A stretch of 64,000 bases of DNA from assembly GCA_963777505.1 (NCBI GenBank), contig CAVZQN010000007.1, positions 128,001 to 192,000 of the forward strand, in the 5' to 3' direction. How positions within the stretch are numbered: position 1 is the first letter of the stretch; the number at the start of each line of letters is the position of its first letter. Of this stretch, positions 23,527 to 33,431 are shown piece by piece. The stretch is from an uncultured bacterium (GTDB taxonomy: Bacteria; Acidobacteriota; HRBIN11; JAKEFK01). Made by a program: the position numbers and the translations under genes. A model generated the notes under the pieces. That model was given only the letters and a program-made list of their open reading frames with translations, made no database searches and was not told the origin of the DNA.

Positions 23527-24122
23527 AGCGCAGCCGTTGCAGCTTGAGTTCGATCGCTGACACCGAGCTTGATCAAGACATTGCTAACGTATCCTTTTAT
23601 TGTTCCTTCGGTTGTATGAAGTTGAGCAGCAATTTCCTTATTGGATAGACCATTCACAATTAGTTTCAGGACATCCGATTCGCGAGTGGTCAGATCAGAA
23701 GATGGAATGCGAGCAGCCAAACGTTCAGCAATTTCCGATGGAATTTTTCGCTCTCCCGCATGAACAGCACGGATCGTTTCTAATAAAACTTTTGTCGGTG
23801 ATTCTTTTTGGAGATAGGCACGAGCGCCGCCATGAAGCGCACGATAAATATCTTCCTCACCATGAAACGATGTCATGACAATGATTCGCGCGTCGCGAAA
23901 CGTTTTGCGAATCTCCCCTATCGCATCCTGTCCACTCATTTTTGGCATCACCAAATCCAACAACAAAACATCCGGCCTGTTCAATCGGTAAGCTTCAACC
24001 GCTTCCACTCCATTTTCCGCCGCCGCAACGACAAGCATGTCCGGTTGTGCATTGATGATCGCGATCAATCCTTCACGCACAACCGGATGATCATCGGCTA
24101 CAACTATTCGAATTGGTTCCAT
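23499..24122 (-). CDS. NarL/LuxR-family response regulator
   Basis: ADDHPVVREGL, DLVMP, LTTRESDVL...GLSNKEIA...KLGVSDRTQA. Confidence 0.95.
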   Translation of the reverse strand: MEPIRIVVADDHPVVREGLIAIINAQPDMLVVAAAENGVEAVEAYRLNRPDVLLLDLVMPKMSGQDAIGEIRKTFRDARIIVMTSFHGEEDIYRALHGGARAYLQKESPTKVLLETIRAVHAGERKIPSEIAERLAARIPSSDLTTRESDVLKLIVNGLSNKEIAAQLHTTEGTIKGYVSNVLIKLGVSDRTQAATAALQRGIIHLE

Positions 24123-24362
24123 CGGTCCTTGTCCTCAGTTTATTTAGGATAGGCCCCTAAAAGCGATTCCCTGAGTAGCTATGGTTAGCTATTTTTACCT
24201 AACTTTCGTCTATCTTTGACGTGCTTGCCTTGAACGCTTCTTCAGGTAATACTTGGAAAGAAGACAAATCCTTTTTCAAACGATTTTTACTCTGTGGAGT
24301 AAAAATACTCGTAAACAACCAACCAGAACAAACAGGTAAAGACAATTCTTATCAGGAGGAAC

Positions 24363-24827
24363 ATGCCTACAAAGAAAATCGCGACCTGGGTCTGGATCGT
24401 GGTGTGCACAATCTTTATTGCCGCTCCGGTACTGGCTGCGGATCAGTCGGATCTTGCGGGCCGCGCCGCAACATGGGAGAAAGAGTACAACGCAAATAAC
24501 CTGGATGCTGTTGCGGCAATGTACGCGGCAGATGGCTGTCGTATGCCACCAAACCAGGAAACCGCCCGGAATTCAGAAGGAATCCTGGCACAGCTTAAGG
24601 CCGGTAAAGAACAAGGCGTAACGAAGGTCAAAATTACTGTGACTTCTAGCGAAACCATGGGCGAGATGGGATGGGGCACAGGCACATACGAAATCATAGG
24701 CGCTGATGGTACGAAAGTAGACAGCGGCAAGTGGATGAATGTGTCGAAGAATGTAAAAGGAACCTGGAAAATGCAGTGCGATATCTGGAATTCTAACATG
24801 CCTCTTCCGACCAGCCCGAAAAAATAG
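24363..24827 (+). CDS. Exported NTF2/SnoaL-like (DUF4440-type) protein
   Basis: Signal peptide; YNANNLDAVAAMYAADG...DSGKWMNVSK...WKMQCDIWN. Confidence 0.8.
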   Translation: MPTKKIATWVWIVVCTIFIAAPVLAADQSDLAGRAATWEKEYNANNLDAVAAMYAADGCRMPPNQETARNSEGILAQLKAGKEQGVTKVKITVTSSETMGEMGWGTGTYEIIGADGTKVDSGKWMNVSKNVKGTWKMQCDIWNSNMPLPTSPKK

Positions 24828-24840
24828 CATTTCATCTTTG

Positions 24841-24919
24841 CACCCATGAAGCTTTTACGCCTCATGGGTGTGTCCCCTATGCCCCCGGCATCATAGGTTT
24901 TTCCCGCAGCAGCCGGGGG
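24841..24919. terminator. Two inverted repeats between convergent genes
   Basis: CACCCATGA/TCATGGGTG and CCCCCGGC/GCCGGGGG stems. Confidence 0.45.
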
Positions 24920-24960
24920 GTGAATCAATTCTCAAGAATCTTCGGCCCGCCACTTATCTG

Positions 24961-25977
24961 CTAATCGCCGACTTGAACCAGGGTGTATCCAATGTCATTT
25001 TTGTTTGCGATGTCTTCCGGAAAGGATTCCAAAAATCGATTCCAGTCCTCTTTGTGGATCGTCTGACATCCCGCGCTGCCGGTTTCGCTGTTATACCCGG
25101 TATGGATCAGAATCGTTTTTCCTGATTTTTTATCATCGTGACCATCGTTGAAAAAGCCATCGCCATTCAGATCGCGCTCAACAGGAACGTCTTCTGTGGG
25201 TCTCAAAGCCGGCTCTTGTTTCGTTCCATCTTTTGTTTCCACGTCACGTGTGCTCACTTCATACTTGTAAAATCCAGGCAGGAGACGTCCGCCATCCCTG
25301 TTTCCATCCTTGTTTACATCCTGCGAAGATGTTTCTGTAAATTTGCGGGCAGGATCCACAGTTGCTTTTTTGAATTCTTCGACCCTTTTTGTTCCGTCTT
25401 TTTCCTGCCATAAAACGGCGAGCGTATCATCATACACACCTTTGGAATTCAACGTTTTCGGGTCAAGTTTGCCTGCGTCGATTGCTGTCGGATTACGGAT
25501 CCCTACGATATTACGGGCTCCCGCTTCTGAATTAAATGTACCACCGCCAAGCTCAGTTAGGTTTTTGTAGTGATCAAACTTCTGGCTTTCCGTCATCTTT
25601 GTCGTGTCAACTTTGGCGACGTCCTGTGCACTTGAAGGCGGCGCGGGCAGTTCACATTCTCCGGTGGAAACTTCCTTTGAAGCCGTTCCTTTCGACCCCG
25701 GATGCTGAGGAATGCCTTCATATATATTGTCGCGAAATGATTTTCCGGTCTCTAAGGCGCGATTGAGAGAATCTTTCATCATCTCCGCTCCCATTTCCAT
25801 ATACCCTTTTTGTTCAGTAGCAGGAGCCGAAGCATTCGCCGGCTGTCCCGTTACTTCGCTGGATGATGTCGATGGGGTCTCGCACGTCTCCGCTGACACT
25901 TGTGTGTTCTCTGGAGTTGACGTTTGTGAAACAGTATCTGTTCTTGCAAAAGAACTTTTTGATGTCTGAGGTATCAT
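24961..25977 (-). CDS. Putative secreted substrate with L,D-transpeptidase (YkuD)-like C-terminal domain
   Basis: S/T-rich N-terminus; C-terminal ILIHTGYNSETGSAGCQTI (Hx(9)SxGC); no signal peptide. Confidence 0.7.
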   Translation of the reverse strand: MIPQTSKSSFARTDTVSQTSTPENTQVSAETCETPSTSSSEVTGQPANASAPATEQKGYMEMGAEMMKDSLNRALETGKSFRDNIYEGIPQHPGSKGTASKEVSTGECELPAPPSSAQDVAKVDTTKMTESQKFDHYKNLTELGGGTFNSEAGARNIVGIRNPTAIDAGKLDPKTLNSKGVYDDTLAVLWQEKDGTKRVEEFKKATVDPARKFTETSSQDVNKDGNRDGGRLLPGFYKYEVSTRDVETKDGTKQEPALRPTEDVPVERDLNGDGFFNDGHDDKKSGKTILIHTGYNSETGSAGCQTIHKEDWNRFLESFPEDIANKNDIGYTLVQVGD

Positions 25978-26193
25978 GTAGCACTTCTCCAAACTAATTT
26001 CGATTAGACAGATCAGGCTTAACAAGCCACAATCCCGTCCATTTATTAGTGCGGAAAAATCAAGCGCATGGGATCATCTCCATTTTCAACCGTGGTGGGC
26101 AATTCTCAAATTCATCGTGGCTATACCGGCCGTTCATTCGGTCTATCGATTGTTCACGATACGAAGATTTCTGCGTACGGAAAAAGCAGCCCA

Positions 26194-26219
26194 CGTTCAC
26201 TCCCTTTTCCACCCGTCTT
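26194..26219 (+). promoter_or_regulatory. Bipartite motif CGTTCACT-N12-CGTCTT
   Basis: Recurs upstream of 52007, 56426 and 57370. Confidence 0.6.
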
Positions 26220-26273
26220 TATTAACGATTGCAGTTGCGCGGTGATATTTTCGCGCATCTTGGAGGAGATAAC

Positions 26274-27689
26274 ATGGGCGATCTAAAAGTATCTGGAAAT
26301 GTTGTACATCAAGGAGCACCGAAAACTGTTGATGAGCAAGTGCTCGATATTACCGAAAGCCGGACAATGCCGCCAGGCAAGAAATTAGATGAATTGGAAA
26401 ACACCTTTAAAAATTTACCCGATGGTGAGAAGAAGGAACTTTACGATCGTTTGAAAACGAAAAATAGACAGGATCCTGTATCCCGTTCATTTCATTACCG
26501 GTTCGCCCATTCAGGAAGCCCGGGGAAACTTTCGGAAGTGGATCGTCTCCTCAATGCGTTAAAGCCAGATCATGCGAAAGTGCCGGACAATCCAGCTGCA
26601 AAAAGCGGTCAACCTCCGAAATCTCCAACGAAGGGTCCATCCCCTAACCCGATCAGCGACAAAACTGCAAGAGCAATCCTGATTGATTTTAAACCGCAAG
26701 CTCAGGAAGCAAAGACCGACTTTGGACCTGAAATTCAGGTCATGTCTAAAGACATCCTTAAAACTCCAGCCGAAAAAGTTCAATACGCCCGCGAACGTTT
26801 AGAAAAAGCGAGCAAAGATGATTTGAGAAAAATTATTACCGAATCACAAAATTGGCCCGAAGACAGCAGACAAATAGTATCTGAAGCAATGGCTGGATCT
26901 ACAAAAGTAATGGGACGTCTCGCAAAAGAATTTACTCCGGTCGAGGCAGAAAAAATTATTGAGCGAGCGAAGTATGATTCCAAAAATGTAGAACCTGATG
27001 CTGTAGCGAAAAATGCAAAAGGTCTTCGGGCGTGGATGGACAATGCTGATCCTGTCGCATTGAATGTTCTTATGAGTAAAAGTTCTATATTGCATTCTGA
27101 GATTGCGGAGCAGGTCAAGGCAAACGATCTTGGAGTGTTTCAAAAATTACCTCCGAGAAACAAAGGCGACATCATTCAATTTGGCGTTATGACGGGATCG
27201 GATATGACGAATGGTCTGCGTTCGATGAGACCCTCTGAAAAGAATTCCACAATGGAACGGCTTCAACAAATGAATTTGACGGATAAATTTGTGAAAGCGA
27301 GCGGAGCGAACATCGATCAGCGCCTCCTGGATGGTATCGATATCGATAAAAAAACAAACTTATTTACTTCAGGTGCCAAGCAAGGCATTGATATGAGCCG
27401 CGGATTTCATGGAATGGATGCGTCAGATAAGAATGCTGTCTTTGATGCACTTCAAGCAAATAATGACACTCAAGTATTTCAGTCCTTTGTTAGAACAACG
27501 GCTCCTAAATTAGACGGTGGATTCTTAAAAGGTCTCAATTCTGAGAATGTTGAATCTTTGCGCAAGACATTACTTTTCCTTGGAGACGCAGCGAAGTTGA
27601 AGAACCAGACCGATCTCGCCATTCTTTACCAAGGTAAGGCGAATTATCTTGAAAACTGGGCTCAAGAAAACTTCAGGCGCCAGAAGTAA
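26274..27689 (+). CDS. Hypothetical helical protein, no signal peptide
   Basis: GGAGGAG RBS then ATG 26274 (MGDLKVSG); P-rich linker; internal helical repeats (MTNGLRSM/MSRGFHGM). Confidence 0.75.
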   Translation: MGDLKVSGNVVHQGAPKTVDEQVLDITESRTMPPGKKLDELENTFKNLPDGEKKELYDRLKTKNRQDPVSRSFHYRFAHSGSPGKLSEVDRLLNALKPDHAKVPDNPAAKSGQPPKSPTKGPSPNPISDKTARAILIDFKPQAQEAKTDFGPEIQVMSKDILKTPAEKVQYARERLEKASKDDLRKIITESQNWPEDSRQIVSEAMAGSTKVMGRLAKEFTPVEAEKIIERAKYDSKNVEPDAVAKNAKGLRAWMDNADPVALNVLMSKSSILHSEIAEQVKANDLGVFQKLPPRNKGDIIQFGVMTGSDMTNGLRSMRPSEKNSTMERLQQMNLTDKFVKASGANIDQRLLDGIDIDKKTNLFTSGAKQGIDMSRGFHGMDASDKNAVFDALQANNDTQVFQSFVRTTAPKLDGGFLKGLNSENVESLRKTLLFLGDAAKLKNQTDLAILYQGKANYLENWAQENFRRQK

Positions 27690-27707
27690 TGTTTTTTTGG
27701 ATTCTCG

Positions 27708-28556
27708 CTATTCGTCAATGTTCTTATGAATGATCGGATTAAACGGAATTGCAGCTGGGGCGCTCTCCATCTGAGTCAGATCTTGATTGGATAAACCCTC
27801 TTGCCAAGCTTGTTCGGCAACAATTGCATCTGTAGTCGTCATCGGATCACGAGTCTGAGAAGGCTGAGCTTCTTTCGCTTGCCGCTCCTTTTCTTTCGCA
27901 ATCTGCTCAGAGACGGAATTCATTTCGCTTTGTACTTCTTCCAGCTGTGAATTCAATGACTCGATATTGGTGTCTATTTCTCCGATCTTTCGCTCCAGAT
28001 CAGTCTTGATCTTTTGCAACTTTTGCTTGTATAGAATTTCTAGGCCTACAACACCAGGAATGATGGGCAGGTCAGCAATCATCCCAACAATTCCTATTGG
28101 TTCCAGTAGTTTACGTAGTTCATCAGTAATCGGTAGATTTGAGTTGATCATCTCCATTACTGAGGCAAGGGCTTTTTGAGCTTTTAACTTCTCGCCTTCT
28201 GCAACCTCGATTTGTGATTGAAGGTCTGCGCTTCTTTCATTTAGAGCATTCAAACGGTCCATTAATTGAGGTAAACGATTATCGAGTTGACCTACACTCG
28301 GCTCATAAGAACTAAACAGAGAGGAAGCTTCCACGGTAATATCTCGAGTTTGAGAAGGCTGGATTAAAGATGCACTCTGGGCTTGCTCCTCGAGATAATA
28401 GAAATTCTCAGGAGCAGCCTCAAACTGATCTGCGGTTTTCGCAATACCAAAATTCGGAATTAGTGGAGTCTGAATTTGGACTGGACTTTCAGTTTGCGGA
28501 TTTTGATTCACATCGACTATTACAGAATTTGGCATCCTTCTACTGATGAAACTCAT
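27708..28556 (-). CDS. Coiled-coil protein with central hydrophobic segment, translocator/pore-former-like
   Basis: GGAGGAG RBS; GIAKTADQFE motif; heptad coils flanking PIGIVGMIADLPIIPGVVGLEILY. Confidence 0.7.
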   Translation of the reverse strand: MSFISRRMPNSVIVDVNQNPQTESPVQIQTPLIPNFGIAKTADQFEAAPENFYYLEEQAQSASLIQPSQTRDITVEASSLFSSYEPSVGQLDNRLPQLMDRLNALNERSADLQSQIEVAEGEKLKAQKALASVMEMINSNLPITDELRKLLEPIGIVGMIADLPIIPGVVGLEILYKQKLQKIKTDLERKIGEIDTNIESLNSQLEEVQSEMNSVSEQIAKEKERQAKEAQPSQTRDPMTTTDAIVAEQAWQEGLSNQDLTQMESAPAAIPFNPIIHKNIDE

Positions 28557-28574
28557 TTGTTCTCCTCCATATTG

Positions 28575-28605
28575 GTAACGCACAGATTTGCGTTAAACTC
28601 CCCAA
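28575..28605 (-). promoter_or_regulatory. ECF-type promoter motif TTGGGG-N16-GTGCGTTAC
   Basis: Third copy of the motif at 10221 and 11009. Confidence 0.6.
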
Positions 28606-29027
28606 AAATTCATGTGCATTTGAATGGTGGCTACGGCACCGGTATAGCGCTGTAAGAAACCTGACCGAGGTCATTCATCGATGGGTTGAATCCGATGAAG
28701 ACAAATCCCTTTGCATCTTCGGCAATAGTCGTCAGGGTTCCATCTAACAGATAAGAATAGTTCGGATCAGATGCTGGCTCTGGAAAAGAACCAGATTCAC
28801 TCAGGCAAAATGGAATTTGAATTTGTGGTAACTGAGCCACCCGAAAAAGCCGCATCGATCCCCTCAACAAATGATCGACAGTAATTAGTAGCCTTCCTGA
28901 AAAATCTCAGATCCACAAACTTTTTACGTTAAAGTCATTGACATGGGTTTTAACATGGTTTAATCTTCTTATTCTTCTTTCCGGTAACGGAACACCCCGA
29001 TCCTTGTAATCGCAACCCATAAGTAAC

Positions 29028-29459
29028 ATGAAGCTTTCTATTTTCTTTATCGTTCTGATATCCGCTCAGTTTTGCGTGGAGGCATCAGAGAAGGTTCAGA
29101 ACGGTTTGCTGGATCAAGAATTCACTATGAAGATTGGCCAGCAAGTTGAATTCAAGCAGGACAAGCAGGAGAAGCTTCAGATTAAATTTACTTCCGTTCT
29201 TGAGGATTCCCGATGCCCAAAAGGCGAACAATGCATTACACAAGGGAATGCCAGGATTGAGCTGGAACTGGTGAAGGACGAAAAAGAATCTGCGTCCGTT
29301 CCGCTCAACACAGTTTCGGACTCTTCTGAAGCTGAATATCACGGCTTTACAATCCATCTAATTTCTCTCAATCCTTATCCCGTGATGAATCGAAGTATCC
29401 GTGCAGAAGATTACGAAGCAGTACTGGAAGTGACGCTTACAAAGAATCGGCAACAATGA
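29028..29459 (+). CDS. Exported hypothetical protein with DSRCP..C motif
   Basis: Signal peptide; VLEDSRCPKGEQCITQGNA. Confidence 0.75.
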   Translation: MKLSIFFIVLISAQFCVEASEKVQNGLLDQEFTMKIGQQVEFKQDKQEKLQIKFTSVLEDSRCPKGEQCITQGNARIELELVKDEKESASVPLNTVSDSSEAEYHGFTIHLISLNPYPVMNRSIRAEDYEAVLEVTLTKNRQQ

Positions 29460-29521
29460 CGAATCTCGTGCTGTGATTCAGGTTACAGCACATTTCTAAG
29501 TAATCCCTTCAAGGAGGGTGC

Positions 29522-32345
29522 ATGAGAAAGTTGTTTTTGATTGCTACGATTCTATTCGTAGCCTTCCAGTTTACTTTTTTCGCTCACGCGGGCGACAAAA
29601 AGTCAAAAAACCAAAAAGCGCTTGATCCCGTCGGCATAAAACAGCTTAAGGAAGAGAGTCCAGCTAAAACCAAAGTCTACGTTTCAGATGCTACGGGCGC
29701 AGTGCGTTTTATCGGATTTGGTGCAGGCGGCGCGAAAGCGCTGGATAAAGCGGCTTCTGCGCAAGATCGATCTCTTTCATTCTTGCAGAAACACGGCAGT
29801 GTTTTTGGATTAAAGAATGCCATGACCGAATTGAAAATCATTGATGAAAGAAGTGATTTTCAAGGCGGAAAACATTTATCCTATGCGCAGCAGTATTTTG
29901 GAGTCCCTGTTTTTGCCGGAGTTCTCAAAACTCACTTCGATGCTGCCGGACAGCTTCGCGCGATTAACGGCACCGTCATTCCGGAAATTAATGTGAATCA
30001 CAATCCCACCAGAAAATCGGATGATGCTGCAGCTTCCGCTCTTGCAAGAATCATTGATCAGAAAGGAAAGGACGAATCGATTTCTGTTGCGGGAACACGG
30101 TTAATGGTTTTTCGTTCAGGGCTTCTACAAGGCGTACCAGGCCAGAATCATCTGGTATGGGAAGTTGAAGTTAGTAACGGAGCAGACGTCCGTGAGTTCG
30201 TTTACATCGACGCGCATACAGGCAAATTTGTAGATCAAATTACCGGTATCGTGGACTCAATGTTTCGTCGTGCATACGATGCGCTCGGTCAAACAGCACC
30301 TGGTCCAAATTATCCGGCCAGTCCCTACTGGGTAGAAGGTAATCCATTTCCGACAGCTTCAACCGAAGCCAACAACATGATTCTTGCCTCTGGCGAAGCA
30401 TATGGATTCTTCTCAACTGCATTTGGCCGCGATTCGTTTGATGGCGTAGGCGGAATCATGGATTCCATTTTCAATCGAGGCAATGCATGCCCAAATGCTT
30501 CCTGGAATGGACAGTTCATTTCATTTTGCCCGGGCACCACTTCCGATGATGTAACAGTACATGAATGGGGCCATGCTTATACGCAATACACGCATGACTT
30601 GATTTACCAATGGCAATCGGGTGCGCTGAATGAATCGTATTCCGATATTTGGGGTGAAACTGTCGATATTATGAACGGACGTCAGACTGACACCCCTGGC
30701 ACTCGTTGCTGCGAATAGCTGCAGTACATCCACAGCATTGCCACCCTCGGTTACAGTTAATTCTCCTCCAGCAATCGCAGGGCAAAAACAAGCAGGCAGC
30801 GCTGCTTTCGGTCCACAGAGCTTCAACCTTACGAATGACATTGTTCTTGCAAATGACGGCGTGGCGGCACCGAGCACAAGCGACGGATGTTGCGCTGCTC
30901 CCTCTTTTGTCTGTGCTCCTAATTCGTGGGCTAACGCCGCAGCAATAGCAGGCAAGATTGCACTTGTTGATCGCGGAACTTGCGGCTTTGAAATAAAGGC
31001 AAGAAACGCCCAGGCAAATGGTGCAGTTGGCGTAATCGTTGCGAACAATACGGCGGGTATCATCAACATGGCTGGCGACGCGTTACCCGATCCCACAATC
31101 CCGTCACTATCAATCCTCCAAACTGATGGTAATGCAATCAAGGGTCAGCTCGCTATCCCTACCACGGTGAACGCAACATTAGCGCGTGGTGGAACAGGCT
31201 CAGATAACACTGTGCGCTGGTTGATGGGTGAAGATGCCACAGCCTTCGGCAGAGCGATCCGCGATATGTGGAATCCAACCTGTTATGGCAATCCCGGAAA
31301 AGTAACCGATACCCAATATTTCTGCGGAACGGGCGATAACGGTGGAGTACATCTGAACTCGGGTGTGCCAAATCATGCATATGCGTTGATTGTCGATGGC
31401 GGTACCTATAACGGCCAAACAATTACTGCGTTAGGGTTTACAAAAGCAGCGCATATTTATTTCCGCGCAATGGCGGTTTACCAGGGTCCGGCAAGTAATT
31501 TCGCAGATCACGAAGTTTCTATCCTTCAATCTGCTGAAGATCTAGTTGGAATGAATCTTCCCGATCTTGCTACGGGTTTGCCTTCAGGCCAAATCATTAG
31601 CACTGCTGATGTCACTGAAGTTGAACAAGCAATGCAAGCAGTTGAAATGAGCACATCGCCTACACAGTGCAACTTCCAGCCGATTCTGGCAAAGAACCCA
31701 CCCGCACTCTGTGCGCCTGGTGACAAGTTGAAAGTACGTTTCAAAGACACTTTCGAAGATGTTGTTTTGTCCAACTCGCTCTGGAGTGTTAGTCATGAAG
31801 CGGTAACACCTGCTGACTTCACAGATCGTGATTGGGTGATTGTCACCGAGCTTCCGGATAATCGTGCAGGAAAAGGCTTCTTTGGAGTCAATCCGAACAT
31901 CGGAACTTGTGGTCCTGGAGGAGATGAATCCGGCGTTCTTCACCTGACGAGTCCTCAGATTACCATACCATCCTCTGCATCGGCTCCAAGGATTTCCTTT
32001 GATCATTGGATCGCAACTGAAATTGGATGGGACGGTGGGAATGTAAAGGTCAGTGTAAACAATGGACCATGGCAGACTGTTCAATCAGCCGCCTTCATCT
32101 ACAATCCCTACAACCTCGTGTTAAACCCTGCTCCAGGGAACACCAACCCGCTCGCGGGACAACCCGCATTTTCTGGAACCGATCAAGGTTCGGTTAGCGG
32201 GTCCTGGGGACGTTCCATCATTAACCTTACTGGGTACGCTGGTCCAAATGATAAGATCAGAGTACGTTTAGATATTGGAAATGATGGATGTACCGGGATA
32301 TTCGGTTGGTACATTGACGACTTCCAGGTCTATACCTGCAAGTAA
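29522..32345 (+). CDS. Thermolysin-like M4 metalloprotease with PA-domain insertion (frameshift near 30715)
   Basis: Signal peptide, FTP/PepSY propeptide, CPNASWNG, HEWGH, GALNESYSD, PA domain (IALVDRGTC), DNGGVHLNSG. Confidence 0.9.
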
Positions 32346-32358
32346 TTTGGAATTACAC

Positions 32359-32388
32359 AAAGGGCGTCCCACCGGACGCCCTTTTTTT
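32359..32388 (+). terminator. Rho-independent terminator
   Basis: AAAGGGCGTCC-CACC-GGACGCCC-TTTTTTT. Confidence 0.85.
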
Positions 32389-32428
32389 CTGCTATGTATA
32401 AAGGATAGTAGGCACTCCTGTTTTCGAA

Positions 32429-32800
32429 TTAACTAGAAAAGAAATGCCAGATCTCGGACCACCATGACTTGGATTGCGGATCCTGTTGCGGATTCTTTTG
32501 ATTCTCCATTTTTGAGGATATATCCTGCATCATCTGCTCTGCTCGAGATGCTTCTCCCATCATGTCTTGCGCTTGTTGAACATCAGTTCTTTCTGCCAAG
32601 TCAGCATCCATATCTTTCTTCAATTCATCGATGAATGTTGTCCCTTGTTCAATGGGCCCTAATTGTTGCTTTATCTTTTCAGAAGAATACGATACCCCTC
32701 CGATACCAAACTGTGTTTTTGTTTTAGGTTGGCCGCCCAGAATTTCATCAGATGCCTGTGGCTGAACAATCTGCGTTCCCGTTCTTATTCCTTTAATCAT
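32429..32800 (-). CDS. Small putative secreted substrate
   Basis: GGAGG RBS, MIKGIR start; GIGGVSYSSE motif variant; helix similar to the C-terminus of 37464..38033. Confidence 0.65.
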   Translation of the reverse strand: MIKGIRTGTQIVQPQASDEILGGQPKTKTQFGIGGVSYSSEKIKQQLGPIEQGTTFIDELKKDMDADLAERTDVQQAQDMMGEASRAEQMMQDISSKMENQKNPQQDPQSKSWWSEIWHFFSS

Positions 32801-32826
32801 TTGTTGCTGCCTCCGACTCCTGAACA

Positions 32827-32844
32827 AAGCAAGGCGCATACCAA
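32827..32844 (-). promoter_or_regulatory. Sigma54 (-24/-12) promoter
   Basis: TTGGTATGCGCCTTGCTT, GG-N10-GC. Confidence 0.75.
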
Positions 32845-32887
32845 TCCTCATCACGAGAAGCAGAAAGGAATTGAACAGAGGAACGCC

Positions 32888-32922
32888 TTTGCCAAAAAGC
32901 AAAAGATTTGCCGTTTCGCAAA
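32888..32922. promoter_or_regulatory. Tandem palindromic UAS (TTTGCC-N4-NGCAAA x2)
   Basis: TTTGCC-AAAA-AGCAAA and TTTGCC-GTTT-CGCAAA; same arrangement at 53534..53567. Confidence 0.65.
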
Positions 32923-33372
32923 TTAAGAGTTCCCGCTGCCGGCAAGAATTCGCACAATTTTAACCGGACCATTTGGGACTTGCCGCTGATTGTAGAAAAC
33001 AAACAATTGATTCGACTGCTGAGATGACATAAATGCTGTAACACCGGCAGCTGAACTTAGCTGCGAATTGTCTTGCGCGGCAAAAGCAAGGATTGCTTCC
33101 TCAGCTTTCACCAGAAGGTCATAACCTTTGCCTCTTGCGATGAATTGAACGGAATCATCTGCCTGACCATAGTTCGGCTCAAAGGTAAGTGGAAGTGTGG
33201 AAAAAGATTCTGCAATTTTGTTTTGATCATCGATTGCAGGCAAGGAAATCTGAGGAGCAACATCAATTGAAGTTGTCCGGCTGTTCGCAATTGGCTGACT
33301 GAAAATTCCCGCCGGAATTTGCAGCTGCAAAATTAAGATAACAACGAAGAATTTGAATTTGATGTGCATCAT
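32923..33372 (-). pseudogene. Truncated N-terminal fragment of an SBBP-type beta-propeller protein
   Basis: Signal peptide and LPLTFEPNYGQADDSVQFIARG match the N-terminus of 57596..59674 (FEKNIGQ..VKYFARG), then similarity ends. Confidence 0.6.
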
Positions 33373-33431
33373 TCCTCCCACCTTCTCTGATGTTGCAGAT
33401 CAAAATTCTATCAGAAAAACGGGATTCTGAT

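Noticed and set aside
26230-26256. TGCAG-N16-TCGCG as a fourth copy of the GTGCG ECF motif
   Set aside because: Weak match to both boxes; the gene already has the better CGTTCACT motif
28631-28870. 79-aa ORF as a real gene
   Set aside because: No RBS or convincing start; only the tail (PSMNDLGQVSYSA) looks like a repeat-protein remnant
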